Shown in pieces: positions 29,872 to 39,527 of a DNA stretch of 64,000 nt. How positions within the stretch are numbered: the stretch's first letter is position 1; each line of letters begins with the position of its first letter. Source of the DNA: Halarcobacter sp. (lineage in GTDB: Bacteria > Campylobacterota > Campylobacteria > Campylobacterales > Arcobacteraceae); the NCBI GenBank assembly GCA_963676565.1, contig OY781089.1, positions 1,376,001 to 1,440,000 of the forward strand, written 5' to 3'. Below the pieces are notes generated by a model. It made no database searches and had not been told where the DNA came from. It saw only the letters and a list, made by a program, of their open reading frames with translations. The position numbers were made by a program, and so were the translations under genes.

Positions 29872-30474
29872 ATGAAAATTGTTTTAGCTAGTGGCAATAA
29901 AGGAAAAATCGAGGAGTTTAAAAAGCTTATGCCAAATGATGAGGTTATAGCTTTTAAAGAATTAATTGGTGATTTTGAAGTTACTGAAGATAAAGATACT
30001 TTTCAAGGAAATGCTGTAAAAAAAGCTGTTGAGATTTATGAAAAAATTGTTTTAGAACATCCAGATGATAATATTGTAGTAATCTCAGATGATAGCGGTA
30101 TTACAGTTCCAGCAATCAATAATGAACCAGGAATTTACTCAGCCAGATATGCTGGGATTGGTTCTAGTGATAGAGAAAATAATGCAAAGTTAATCTCAAA
30201 ATTAAAAGAGAAAAATCTATCAAAAACGCCAGCTTATTATACAGCTTGTATAGCAATTATTTATAAAAGTGAAACTTATACTGTTCATGGATGGATGCAT
30301 GGAAATGTTATAGATGAAGAAAAAGGTGAGGGTGGTTTTGGATATGACCCTATGTTTATCGCAAATGGTTTTGATAAAACATTAGGGGAATTAGGTTATG
30401 AAGTAAAAAAAGATTTTTCCCATAGAACAAAGGCTTTAAAATTGGCGAAAAAAGTTTTAGAGGTGATTTTATAA
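29872..30474 (+). CDS. rdgB: Non-canonical purine NTP pyrophosphatase (RdgB/HAM1)
   Basis: [29 protein letters not shown]. Confidence 0.93.
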   Translation: MKIVLASGNKGKIEEFKKLMPNDEVIAFKELIGDFEVTEDKDTFQGNAVKKAVEIYEKIVLEHPDDNIVVISDDSGITVPAINNEPGIYSARYAGIGSSDRENNAKLISKLKEKNLSKTPAYYTACIAIIYKSETYTVHGWMHGNVIDEEKGEGGFGYDPMFIANGFDKTLGELGYEVKKDFSHRTKALKLAKKVLEVIL

Positions 30475-30500
30475 AAGTAGAGATTTCTCTACTTTTATTT
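30471..30500. terminator. Bidirectional terminator between convergent genes
   Basis: Perfect inverted repeat ATAAAAGTAGAGA-TT-TCTCTACTTTTAT. Confidence 0.75.
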
Positions 30501-31825
30501 TAAAATACGTATACTGCTGCAATCCATCCAAATATAACTAGTGGGATATTATAGTGTAAAAATGTTGGTACAACTGAATCCCAAATATGATCATGTTGTC
30601 CATCAACATTAAGTCCTGAAGTTGGACCTAAGGTACTATCTGAAGCAGGACTTCCAGCATCACCTAAGGCTGCAGCAGTCCCAATAATTGTTATTGTTGC
30701 CATAACTGAAAAGTCTAATTGTAAACATAAGGGTGCATAAATAGTTGCAATAATTGGAATTGTAGAAAAAGATGAACCAATTCCCATAGTAATAAATAAT
30801 CCAACAAGAAGCATCAATAAAACTGCCAATGATTTATTGTCTCCAATAATATCTACAACTGATGATACTAAAGTTTCAACTGCACCTGTTGAGTTGATAA
30901 CACTTGCAAAACCATTTGCTGCAATCATAATAAATCCAATCATTCCCATCATTTTTAAACCCTTAGTAAAAAAATCTTGGGTTTGATTTGCTTTAATCAC
31001 ACCTGCTACAATGAAAATAATAAAACCTGCTAATGAACCTAATATAATAGAATTTGTGTAAACTTGTAAAGCTAGAGCAGTAATAACTGAGATTAAAGCG
31101 ACAAAGATATGAAAAAAGTTAATCTCTTTTTTCTCTGATTCAATTTCTAATATTTTACTTATGTCATATTCTCTTTTCTTTTTATATGAGAAGAAAACAG
31201 CAACTAATAAACCTAAAAACATACCAAATACTGGAATGGCCATAGCTATAGGAAGTTGAGCTGAAACTGCTTTAACACCATTATCAACTAGATTTTTTAA
31301 TAATATTTCATTTAAAAATATTCCTCCAAATCCAACAGGAAGTAACATATATGTAGCAACTAAACCAAAGGTGATTAAACAAGCTATTACTCTTCTATCT
31401 AATTGTAGTTTTGCCATTGAATGAAGTAAAGGTGGAATTAAAATTGGAATAAAAGCAATATGAACTGGAACAAGATTTTGTGATGAAATTGCAGCAAATA
31501 AAATTAGTGTTAGCATTAAATATTTTACATAAATAAAGCCCAAAGATGATTGATCTGATGATACTTTTTTAATTATCATATTTGATAATAGATCAGTTAT
31601 ACCAGATTTTGAAATAGCAACTGCAAAGGTTCCTAACATTGCATAACTTAAGGCAATTGTTGCACCATCACCTAATCCATTGTTAAAAGCTTTTATTGTT
31701 TCATTTAAATCAAGACCTGCACTTAAGCCTCCAATTATCGCTCCTACAATTAAAGCGATAACTATATTTACCCTTAAAAGTGAGAGTAAAACCATTAAAC
31801 TAACTGCAATTATTACAGAGTTCAT
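30500..31825 (-). CDS. Na+/H+ antiporter family protein (YuiF-like amino-acid transporter)
   Basis: [18 protein letters not shown] and [26 protein letters not shown] motifs. Confidence 0.85.
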   Translation of the reverse strand: MNSVIIAVSLMVLLSLLRVNIVIALIVGAIIGGLSAGLDLNETIKAFNNGLGDGATIALSYAMLGTFAVAISKSGITDLLSNMIIKKVSSDQSSLGFIYVKYLMLTLILFAAISSQNLVPVHIAFIPILIPPLLHSMAKLQLDRRVIACLITFGLVATYMLLPVGFGGIFLNEILLKNLVDNGVKAVSAQLPIAMAIPVFGMFLGLLVAVFFSYKKKREYDISKILEIESEKKEINFFHIFVALISVITALALQVYTNSIILGSLAGFIIFIVAGVIKANQTQDFFTKGLKMMGMIGFIMIAANGFASVINSTGAVETLVSSVVDIIGDNKSLAVLLMLLVGLFITMGIGSSFSTIPIIATIYAPLCLQLDFSVMATITIIGTAAALGDAGSPASDSTLGPTSGLNVDGQHDHIWDSVVPTFLHYNIPLVIFGWIAAVYVF

Positions 31826-31936
31826 ATCTTGTCCTTCTTTATGAGTTTTATAAAAATTACATAAATATTTTATATAAATTACATTTTTTAAGGTGGAAGT
31901 TTACTCAAAAGATTGTAAAAAGAAACTAAAGTTAGA

Positions 31937-32272
31937 TTATTTGATTAAGAAAATAGTTTTATATACTCTTACATTAAAATCAAGGGCTTTTACAAACATC
32001 TCAATCTCAAACTTTTTTTCTGATATTTTTTTAATCGATGCTATTATTTCAAATTTTTCGTTTTGAACTTGAATTTTATCTAAGCTTTCAAAATTATCGA
32101 GGGTATTGATATATTTTTCTAAAAAAAGAAGATGGTTCTTTGCTTGAATATACTTGTATTGGTTTTGAATATTTAAAGAGTTTATAGATTTTAATTCATA
32201 TAAATTTATAGAGATTATTGAAAAAATAAATACTAAAATGATAGTTGAAAAAAGAGTAAAAGATTTAATCAT
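31937..32272 (-). CDS. Minor pilin/pseudopilin-like protein lacking Glu5 (PilX/GspK-like position)
   Basis: MIKS|FTLFSTIILVF; last of three pilin-like genes. Confidence 0.6.
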   Translation of the reverse strand: MIKSFTLFSTIILVFIFSIISINLYELKSINSLNIQNQYKYIQAKNHLLFLEKYINTLDNFESLDKIQVQNEKFEIIASIKKISEKKFEIEMFVKALDFNVRVYKTIFLIK

Positions 32273-32612
32273 TTTTAAATTCCCACTCTTGCGTAATCAT
32301 ATCTTTTAATGTGATGTTTATATTTATATGATTACTTGAACTATTAATTGAAAAAGAATTAATATCTTTTAACAAAATATTATTTTCAAAATATAGAGTA
32401 TTGTTTTCAAATTTTAATTTACTTGATAAATTGCTTTTATGCTTTTCTAAAAAAATCTTTGTTGCATTTAAATCAATCTTTGATATTGCTAATTCTTGAT
32501 TTTCTATTTGTGTTTCTTGAATATTTTTAGCAAAGGATAAAGATGTGATAATTACAAGAGAACTTATAAAAACTACAATTATTAGTTCAAATAAAGAAAA
32601 ACCATTTTTCAT
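32265..32612 (-). CDS. Prepilin-type N-terminal methylation domain protein
   Basis: MKNG|FSLFELIIVV class III signal peptide. Confidence 0.8.
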   Translation of the reverse strand: MKNGFSLFELIIVVFISSLVIITSLSFAKNIQETQIENQELAISKIDLNATKIFLEKHKSNLSSKLKFENNTLYFENNILLKDINSFSINSSSNHININITLKDMITQEWEFKND

Positions 32613-32933
32613 TTAGTTTAACTCATATTTATAAAGATTTATTTTTTCATCTTTATATTCAATTTTTTTAACACTTAAGTTTTCTATTTGGGAATCATTT
32701 ATTATGATTTTTATATTTTCAGTTGAGTTTATAAAATTTGACGAGAAAGTGTTTGTATTAAATGAATTTTCCAATTCATTTAATTTTATGTACTCTTCAT
32801 CAAAATTGTCATAGTTGGAAACTTTTGAAAAGCCAACTATAACAATAGATAAAAGAAATACACTTACTAAAGTTTCAAATAAAGTAAAACTATTTTTTCC
32901 CAATTTCGCAAGCTTTTTCATAGGCTGCTTCAA
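32613..32933 (-). CDS. Prepilin-like protein at the CtsT-like position after proC
   Basis: KNS|FTLFETLVS. True start may be TTG at 32903, overlapping the proC stop. Confidence 0.7.
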   Translation of the reverse strand: MKQPMKKLAKLGKNSFTLFETLVSVFLLSIVIVGFSKVSNYDNFDEEYIKLNELENSFNTNTFSSNFINSTENIKIIINDSQIENLSVKKIEYKDEKINLYKYELN

Positions 32934-33654
32934 TTGTTTTAATCATAGAATCTCGTACAGCTCCTTCTTCCAATTTAGCATAACCAGCTGCAGTTGTACC
33001 ACCTGGACTCATAACAGAGTCTTTAATAAGAGCAGGGTGTGATTTATCTAGTAGTTTTGCAAACCCTTCAAATAATCCTTGAACTAACTCATTGCTAATT
33101 TCCCTTTCAAGTCCAGCTTTAACAGCTCCATCACTTAAACTTTCAGCAATTAAACTTAAAAATGCTGGACCGCTTCCTGCGACAGCAGTTGCAATATCAA
33201 GTTGTTTTTCTGTATTTACCCAAACAGCTTTTCCTATATAAGAAAACAATTCAATTGCAAGATTCTTAGCCTCTAAATCACCTGTGATAGTTGTAGTTGA
33301 ACTAGAAACTGATGCCGCTACATTTGGCATAGTTCTTACATAATATTTAGATTTTATTTGTTTTTTTAGTGTATCTAATTGAGTACCAGCTAATATTGAA
33401 AATAAAATATTTGCTTCCCCTTCAAGACGCGCAGCTACACTTTGTAGTGCATAGGGTTTTACACACAAAATTATGTTTTTATTTGTCATATCTTCATTGT
33501 CAGATATTTCTTTTATCTCAATATTAGGAATTTTTTCTTTTAACTGTTTTAATTTGTTTAAATCCCTTCCAATAATTTCAACTTCAAAATTATTTATTAA
33601 ACCCTTAGCAAGAGCTTGTGCCATAAAACCATTTCCAATTAGAGTTAATTTCAT
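32890..33654 (-). CDS. proC: Pyrroline-5-carboxylate reductase
   Basis: IGNGFMA, VKP, RTMPN, GSGPA, SPGGTT. Confidence 0.95.
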   Translation of the reverse strand: MKLTLIGNGFMAQALAKGLINNFEVEIIGRDLNKLKQLKEKIPNIEIKEISDNEDMTNKNIILCVKPYALQSVAARLEGEANILFSILAGTQLDTLKKQIKSKYYVRTMPNVAASVSSSTTTITGDLEAKNLAIELFSYIGKAVWVNTEKQLDIATAVAGSGPAFLSLIAESLSDGAVKAGLEREISNELVQGLFEGFAKLLDKSHPALIKDSVMSPGGTTAAGYAKLEEGAVRDSMIKTIEAAYEKACEIGKK

Positions 33655-33780
33655 TCTTATAAACCTTATTTAATTATTTAGTTTATTATAGCTAATTGAT
33701 AATATTAGGTCAAAAAAAGTAAGTAAGTAGCAAGGATTTATTAGATAGAATATTGCTTTTACGATATAAGGATTGTTAAA

Positions 33781-34473
33781 ATGAGATATCTTTTTAAATT
33801 TAGAAATTTACTTCTTGTCGCAGGAATAGCGTTTACATTCACTGCTTGTTCACAAAAATCAGAAAAAATTCAAGAGTATGGAAAGCCTGCATTATACTGG
33901 TATAACAAAATGATTACTGAGATCACTACTGGGTATTTAGAAGATGCGGATGACACATATACTTCTTTAGAGAGTGAGCATAGAAATTCACCTTTATTGC
34001 CTACTGCACTATTAATACTTGCAAATGGACATATGGATGAAGAGGAATATCAATTAGCGAATTTTTATCTTGATGAATATATCAAAAGATATGCTTTAAG
34101 TAAAAATATTGATTATGTAAGATATTTAAAAATTAAAGCAAATTTTATGGGATTTGCTTATGATTTAAGGGATCAACAATTAATCGAAGATACAATTGCT
34201 GATATTGACAATTTTAAAAAGACTTTTCCAAGGTCACCATATATGCCATTAGTAAATACTATGAGTGGAAGATTATTTATGGCAAAGGCATCTTTAGATA
34301 AAGAAATTTCTGATTTATATAATAGAATAGGTAAAGAGAAAGCAGCAATCTATTATCTAAAAAAAGCTAAAGATTCTTGGGTTGAACCAAAAGAGATTGA
34401 AGAAGTAGATGTTCCATTCTATAGATATCCATTTGAAAGAAATATGTTTTTAGATAAAGTCTATTTTAAATAG
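33781..34473 (+). CDS. bamD: Outer membrane protein assembly factor BamD
   Basis: Lipobox FTAC, TPR-like helices; upstream of lon as in other Campylobacterota. Confidence 0.85.
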   Translation: MRYLFKFRNLLLVAGIAFTFTACSQKSEKIQEYGKPALYWYNKMITEITTGYLEDADDTYTSLESEHRNSPLLPTALLILANGHMDEEEYQLANFYLDEYIKRYALSKNIDYVRYLKIKANFMGFAYDLRDQQLIEDTIADIDNFKKTFPRSPYMPLVNTMSGRLFMAKASLDKEISDLYNRIGKEKAAIYYLKKAKDSWVEPKEIEEVDVPFYRYPFERNMFLDKVYFK

Positions 34474-34493
34474 AAAATTAGGAGTTAGAATAT

Positions 34494-36911
34494 ATGGAAT
34501 TAGAAAATTATGATTCTTTCCCACAACAAATACCACTAATTATTGAGGATGATGTATTTTTATATCCTTTTATGATTGCACCTTTATTTTTAAGTAATGA
34601 AGAAAATATTAAAGCAGTAGAAGATGCAATTGAATTTAATAAACTTGTAATAGTTAGTGTTAGTAAACCAGGGTTTGAGGGAAAAAGAGAAGAGGGTAGC
34701 TTCTATGATGTAGGAGTTATTGGAAATATTATGAGAAAAGTTAGTTTACCTGATGGTAAAATTAAAGTACTTTTCCAAGGTTTAGCAAAAGGAAAAATTG
34801 AAAGTTTTAATATTGAAAGTCCTATTTATGTTGAAGCTGATAAGTTACATGATGAAGAGTATTCAAAGGAAAGTGTAGACTCTATAGTTGATGTACTAAG
34901 AGAACAAGTTAAAAAATTATCAAGAATCAACTCGAAATTTCCAGCTGATTTAATAAAAACAATTGAAGAAAATGATGATGCAACTAGAATTGCTGATTTA
35001 ATTTCATCTGTTTTAAGGGTTAAAAAAGAGGATGCTTATAATCTTTTTTCTGAAACAAATATTGAAAAAAGACTTCTTGAAGTAGTTGAAACAATCAAAA
35101 AAGAGATTGAAAGCTTTAAAATTCAAAAAGAGATTACTCAAAAAGTAAATTCTAAAATTGAAAAAACACACAAAGATTATTTCTTAAAAGAGCAAATTAA
35201 AGCTATACAAAAAGAGCTTGGTGGGGATAATCAAAAAGAAAATGAGATTAAAGCTTACAAGAAAAAGCTTAAAAAACTTAAAAAACATATGCCAATTGAT
35301 GGTTATAAAGAGACAAAAAAACAAATTGAAAAATTAAGTAGAATGCATCAGGATTCTCCTGATAGTTCTTTACTTCAAACATACATTGAAAATGTTTTAG
35401 ATATACCATTTGGTGAGTTTTCAGATGAAAAAATCACTGTAAAAAGTGTAGAAGATCAATTAAATAATGACCACTATTCATTAAAAGTACCAAAAGAGAG
35501 AATCTCTGAATACTTTGCTGTAAAAGAGATGTTAGAGCAAAGAAAGATTGAAAGTCTAAAATCAAAAGGAACTGTTTTATGTTTTGTGGGACCTCCAGGT
35601 GTAGGTAAAACTTCATTGGCAAACTCTATTTCTCAAGCATTAAAAAGACCACTTGTAAGAGTTGCTCTTGGTGGTATGGAAGATGTAAATGAGTTAAGAG
35701 GTCATAGAAGAACTTACGTTGGAGCAATGCCAGGAAGAATTGTAAAAGGTCTAACAGATGCTAAAAAAATGAATCCTGTAATTGTTTTAGATGAGATTGA
35801 TAAGTTAGGTGCTAATCATAGGGGTGACCCAACTGCTGTTATGCTTGAGGTTTTAGACCCAGAACAAAACCATGAATTTAGGGATTTATACTTAAATTTT
35901 GCAATTGACCTTTCTCAATGTATCTTTGTAGCAACTGCAAATGATGCAAGAAGAATCCCAGCAGCATTAAGGGATAGAATGGAGTTTATTGAGATTAGTT
36001 CATACACTCCAAATGAGAAGTATTATATTGCTAAAGACTATTTAATTCCTCAAGAGTTAGAAAAACATGGTTTAAAAAGAAGTGAAATAACACTTTCAAA
36101 AACAACTATTGAAGCTATTATCTCTAAATATACAAGAGAAGCTGGGGTTAGAAACTTAAGACGTGTATTTGCAAAACTATTTAGAAAAGCAGTAAAAAAA
36201 CTTCTTAAAAATCCAGAATGTAAAAAAGTTTCAATAAATACAAAAAATCTAAAAGAGTATTTAGATAATCCAATTTTTGAAATTGACCCAGCTGAAAAGA
36301 AAAACCAAATTGGTGTAACCAATGGTTTAGCTTGGACTGCAGTTGGTGGAGATGTTCTTAAAACTGAAGCTGTTAAACTAAGAGGTAAGGGTATTTTAAA
36401 TGTAACAGGAAATCTTGGGGATGTTATGAAAGAATCTTCAAGAATCTCATACTCTGTTGTTAAACTTTTAATTGATGCTAAGAAACTAAAAATCAAAGAT
36501 TCAATTATTCCTAAAACAGCGAAAGAGGAAGAGGAAAAAATTAAAGTAGACCCAAGTGAGGTTTATAAAAGATATGATATCCACTTACATATTCCAGAGG
36601 GAGCAACTCCTAAAGATGGACCAAGTGCAGGTATAACTATGGCTGTTACAATTGCTTCAATTTTAAGTGAAAGAGAAGTTAGATCTGATGTTGCAATGAC
36701 AGGAGAATTAACTTTAACTGGAAAAGTATTACCAATTGGTGGATTAAAAGAGAAACTAATTGCTGCTTATAAAGCAAAAATGAAACTTGCTTTAATTCCA
36801 AGAAAAAACTATCAAAGAGATTTAGAAGAGATCCCTGATGAGGTTAAAGAAGCTATGGAGATTAAAGCTGTAGATACAATTGAAGATGTATTTAAAGAGA
36901 CTTTAATCTAA
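34494..36911 (+). CDS. lon: Lon protease
   Basis: GPPGVGKTS, RGHRRTYVGAMPG, PKDGPSAG, GGLKEK. Confidence 0.97.
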   Translation: MELENYDSFPQQIPLIIEDDVFLYPFMIAPLFLSNEENIKAVEDAIEFNKLVIVSVSKPGFEGKREEGSFYDVGVIGNIMRKVSLPDGKIKVLFQGLAKGKIESFNIESPIYVEADKLHDEEYSKESVDSIVDVLREQVKKLSRINSKFPADLIKTIEENDDATRIADLISSVLRVKKEDAYNLFSETNIEKRLLEVVETIKKEIESFKIQKEITQKVNSKIEKTHKDYFLKEQIKAIQKELGGDNQKENEIKAYKKKLKKLKKHMPIDGYKETKKQIEKLSRMHQDSPDSSLLQTYIENVLDIPFGEFSDEKITVKSVEDQLNNDHYSLKVPKERISEYFAVKEMLEQRKIESLKSKGTVLCFVGPPGVGKTSLANSISQALKRPLVRVALGGMEDVNELRGHRRTYVGAMPGRIVKGLTDAKKMNPVIVLDEIDKLGANHRGDPTAVMLEVLDPEQNHEFRDLYLNFAIDLSQCIFVATANDARRIPAALRDRMEFIEISSYTPNEKYYIAKDYLIPQELEKHGLKRSEITLSKTTIEAIISKYTREAGVRNLRRVFAKLFRKAVKKLLKNPECKKVSINTKNLKEYLDNPIFEIDPAEKKNQIGVTNGLAWTAVGGDVLKTEAVKLRGKGILNVTGNLGDVMKESSRISYSVVKLLIDAKKLKIKDSIIPKTAKEEEEKIKVDPSEVYKRYDIHLHIPEGATPKDGPSAGITMAVTIASILSEREVRSDVAMTGELTLTGKVLPIGGLKEKLIAAYKAKMKLALIPRKNYQRDLEEIPDEVKEAMEIKAVDTIEDVFKETLI

Positions 36912-36916
36912 CAAAA

Positions 36917-37483
36917 ATGAGACGTGGGGCAAGAGATAGTCAAGTTATCAATAACTTTTTTTCTTTTGCCACCATTGTTATAATATCTGTTGTTTTAATT
37001 TTATATAAAACTTTTATACTTAAAGATGAATCCCCAAAGATAGAAAAACTTCAATGTCAAAAAGAATCCCAAACAAGAGTCTTTGTAAATAATTTAGAAA
37101 TATTAGAAAAATCATTCAATGCTATGGTTAAAGGTTATTACAAACTTGATGGGGGTATGATTGAATCTTCTTTAGAAAGTTCAACTTTAAAAAAAAGTAT
37201 TTCATTAGATGAGATTAATGGTTTTTTTATTGAATCAATTGGTAATGAGCCTAAAAAAGATATAAAAAGTTTTTTGAAAATAAATTATGAAATAGTTGAA
37301 TTTGATAAAAAAGAGAGCGAAAAACTAGATTATGGTGTTCTAATGACCTCATTTCGAATAAATTCAAATGAAGTTTTTAGGGTAAATACAAATATAAAAT
37401 TTATGTACAGCAATGGTATTAAAAATAGAGTAGACTGTACGATGAAGGTTTTTAAAAATTATGTTGAATACTCAAGAAAATAA
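36917..37483 (+). CDS. Hypothetical membrane-anchored protein
   Basis: N-terminal TM helix; operonic between lon and the rhomboid gene. Confidence 0.7.
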   Translation: MRRGARDSQVINNFFSFATIVIISVVLILYKTFILKDESPKIEKLQCQKESQTRVFVNNLEILEKSFNAMVKGYYKLDGGMIESSLESSTLKKSISLDEINGFFIESIGNEPKKDIKSFLKINYEIVEFDKKESEKLDYGVLMTSFRINSNEVFRVNTNIKFMYSNGIKNRVDCTMKVFKNYVEYSRK

Positions 37484-38018
37484 ATGGACACTTACTAATA
37501 TAATCATTGGTATAACTATTGTTTTATATTTAGTCCAAACTAATGTTTTTACTTATGGTTCTCTTTTAATGGGATTAAATATTTATTTTACTAGAGAAGG
37601 TTTTCTTTGGCAACCTTTGACTTCTATGTTTGCCCATGGTGGTTTAGGACACTTAGCTATGAATATGTTTGTTCTCTACCAATTTGGTAACTTAATAGAA
37701 AAATATAGAGGAAAAAAAGAGTTAGCAATAATCTATTTTGTTGGAGGAGTATTAACTTCTTTATTAAGTTACTTATATATTTACTATCTTGACTATCAAG
37801 TTAATCTTGTGGGAGCTTCTGGCGCTATTTGTGTTTTACTTGGGTATATTGCATATTTTGATAAGTATCAACGAAAAGGGATAATAACTTGGATATTAAT
37901 AATCTCTGTTGCCCCTTTAATTATTGGACTTCCTATTGCTTGGTATGCTCACTTTATAGGTTTAGGATTAGGGTTTGTATTTGGAATTATTAGAAAAAAA
38001 ACTTTAATTAACAGGTGA
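37461..38018 (+). CDS. Rhomboid family intramembrane serine protease
   Basis: WQPLTSMFAH-GHLAMNM, VGASGA, AHFIG. Confidence 0.92.
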   Translation: MLNTQENKWTLTNIIIGITIVLYLVQTNVFTYGSLLMGLNIYFTREGFLWQPLTSMFAHGGLGHLAMNMFVLYQFGNLIEKYRGKKELAIIYFVGGVLTSLLSYLYIYYLDYQVNLVGASGAICVLLGYIAYFDKYQRKGIITWILIISVAPLIIGLPIAWYAHFIGLGLGFVFGIIRKKTLINR

Positions 38019-38177
38019 TACAAAAAAGGAAACAACATACATAACTGCTAAAACAAAAAATATTCCTATAAAGATATCTTTGACTTTTACTGTTGGATTT
38101 AGTGTACCACAATATGGACATCTTCTTATTTTTGATTCTATATCTCTTTTACAGTGTCTACAAGGTTCTAAATTTAT
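38004..38177 (-). CDS. Small zinc-ribbon membrane protein (57 aa), apparent ATA start, absent from the ORF track
   Basis: AAGGA-N6-ATA then NLEPCRHCKRDIESKIRRCPYCGTLNPTVKVKDIFIGIFFVLAVMYVVSFFVSPVN*; two CxxC motifs plus a TM helix. Confidence 0.65.
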   Translation of the reverse strand: MNLEPCRHCKRDIESKIRRCPYCGTLNPTVKVKDIFIGIFFVLAVMYVVSFFVSPVN

Positions 38178-38467
38178 TTTTTATCCTTTATCTTAATCTA
38201 AATAGGCTTAGTTTGATATTTATTTATCTCACTTGATATAATTGTGAAACTATATCATAAAATTAAAAATATTTAACTTTCACAGTAATTTTTACTATTT
38301 AAAATAACTATAAATAATGAAAATATAATTTTCTTAATTTTTTTAAAAGAAACATTTTAAGGGACTTTATAAATATTATCTACTAGATATTAAAGTAAAT
38401 AAATAATATATATACTCTTAAGTTCAATGATTATAGAATATTGTATTTTAACTAAGGTAAATGCTAA

Positions 38468-39514
38468 ATGAGTTTTTCAAATATGCAAATAGTATCAGTT
38501 GATGATAATGAAAATAATCTTTTTTTGATTGAATCTATATGTCAAGATATGGATTTAAATATAAAAAGTTTTTCCCAGCCTTTAGACGCACTTCTTTACT
38601 CACTTCAAAATAATGTAGACTTAATTATTACAGATTATATGATGCCCGAGCTTGATGGTTTGGAGTTTATTGAAGAGTTTAGAAAACAAAAGAAAAATAT
38701 ACCTATTATTATGATTACAGCTGCTGGAGATGATGAAAAAATTCATAAAAAAGCTTTTGAATTAGGTGTTAATGATTTCTTAAGTAAACCCATTAATGCA
38801 ACTTTATTTGAAGCAAGGGTAATAAACTTATTAACAAATCATCAAAATAGGATTTTACTAGAAGATAGAGCAAAACACTTAGAATCTGAAGTTTTAAAAG
38901 CTACTGAAGTATTGATAAAAAGAGAACATGAAACATTAAGAATTTTAGGTAAAACAGCAGAATATAAAGACCCTGAAACTGCATCCCATGTTGCAAGGGT
39001 GGCACACTATTCAAGAATGCTTGCTAGAGAATATGGTTTAAGTAAAGAGGAACAAGATATTATTTTCTATGCTGCACCATTTCATGATTTAGGAAAAGTT
39101 GGTATAGAAGATAAGATTTTATTAAAACCAGGGAAACTAGATTTTGATGAATTTGAGATTATGAAAACCCATGCCCAGATAGGTTATGAGATATTAAAAG
39201 ATTCTCAAAGTGAGTACTTAAAAGCAGGGGCTATTATTGCAATTACTCACCATGAAAAGTTTGATGGGAATGGATACCCAAATAAAATTAGTGGTGAAGA
39301 TATCCATATTTATGGAAGGATTGTAGCTGTAGTTGATGTTTTTGATGCCTTAACTTCCCATAGACCTTATAAAAAAGCTTGGAGTTTTGAGGAAGCATTA
39401 AATCTTTTAAGAGAGGAAAAAGGTAAACACTTCGACCCAAAAATAATAGAATTATTTGAAAAGAATATTGATGAAGTGAGCGAAATATACAATTCCTTTA
39501 AAGAAGAATTATAA
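38468..39514 (+). CDS. Response regulator with HD-GYP c-di-GMP phosphodiesterase domain
   Basis: Receiver DYMMP; HDLGK; HHEKFDGNGYP; DVFDALTSHRPYK. Confidence 0.92.
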   Translation: MSFSNMQIVSVDDNENNLFLIESICQDMDLNIKSFSQPLDALLYSLQNNVDLIITDYMMPELDGLEFIEEFRKQKKNIPIIMITAAGDDEKIHKKAFELGVNDFLSKPINATLFEARVINLLTNHQNRILLEDRAKHLESEVLKATEVLIKREHETLRILGKTAEYKDPETASHVARVAHYSRMLAREYGLSKEEQDIIFYAAPFHDLGKVGIEDKILLKPGKLDFDEFEIMKTHAQIGYEILKDSQSEYLKAGAIIAITHHEKFDGNGYPNKISGEDIHIYGRIVAVVDVFDALTSHRPYKKAWSFEEALNLLREEKGKHFDPKIIELFEKNIDEVSEIYNSFKEEL

Positions 39515-39527
39515 TAAAGGGTTAAAA

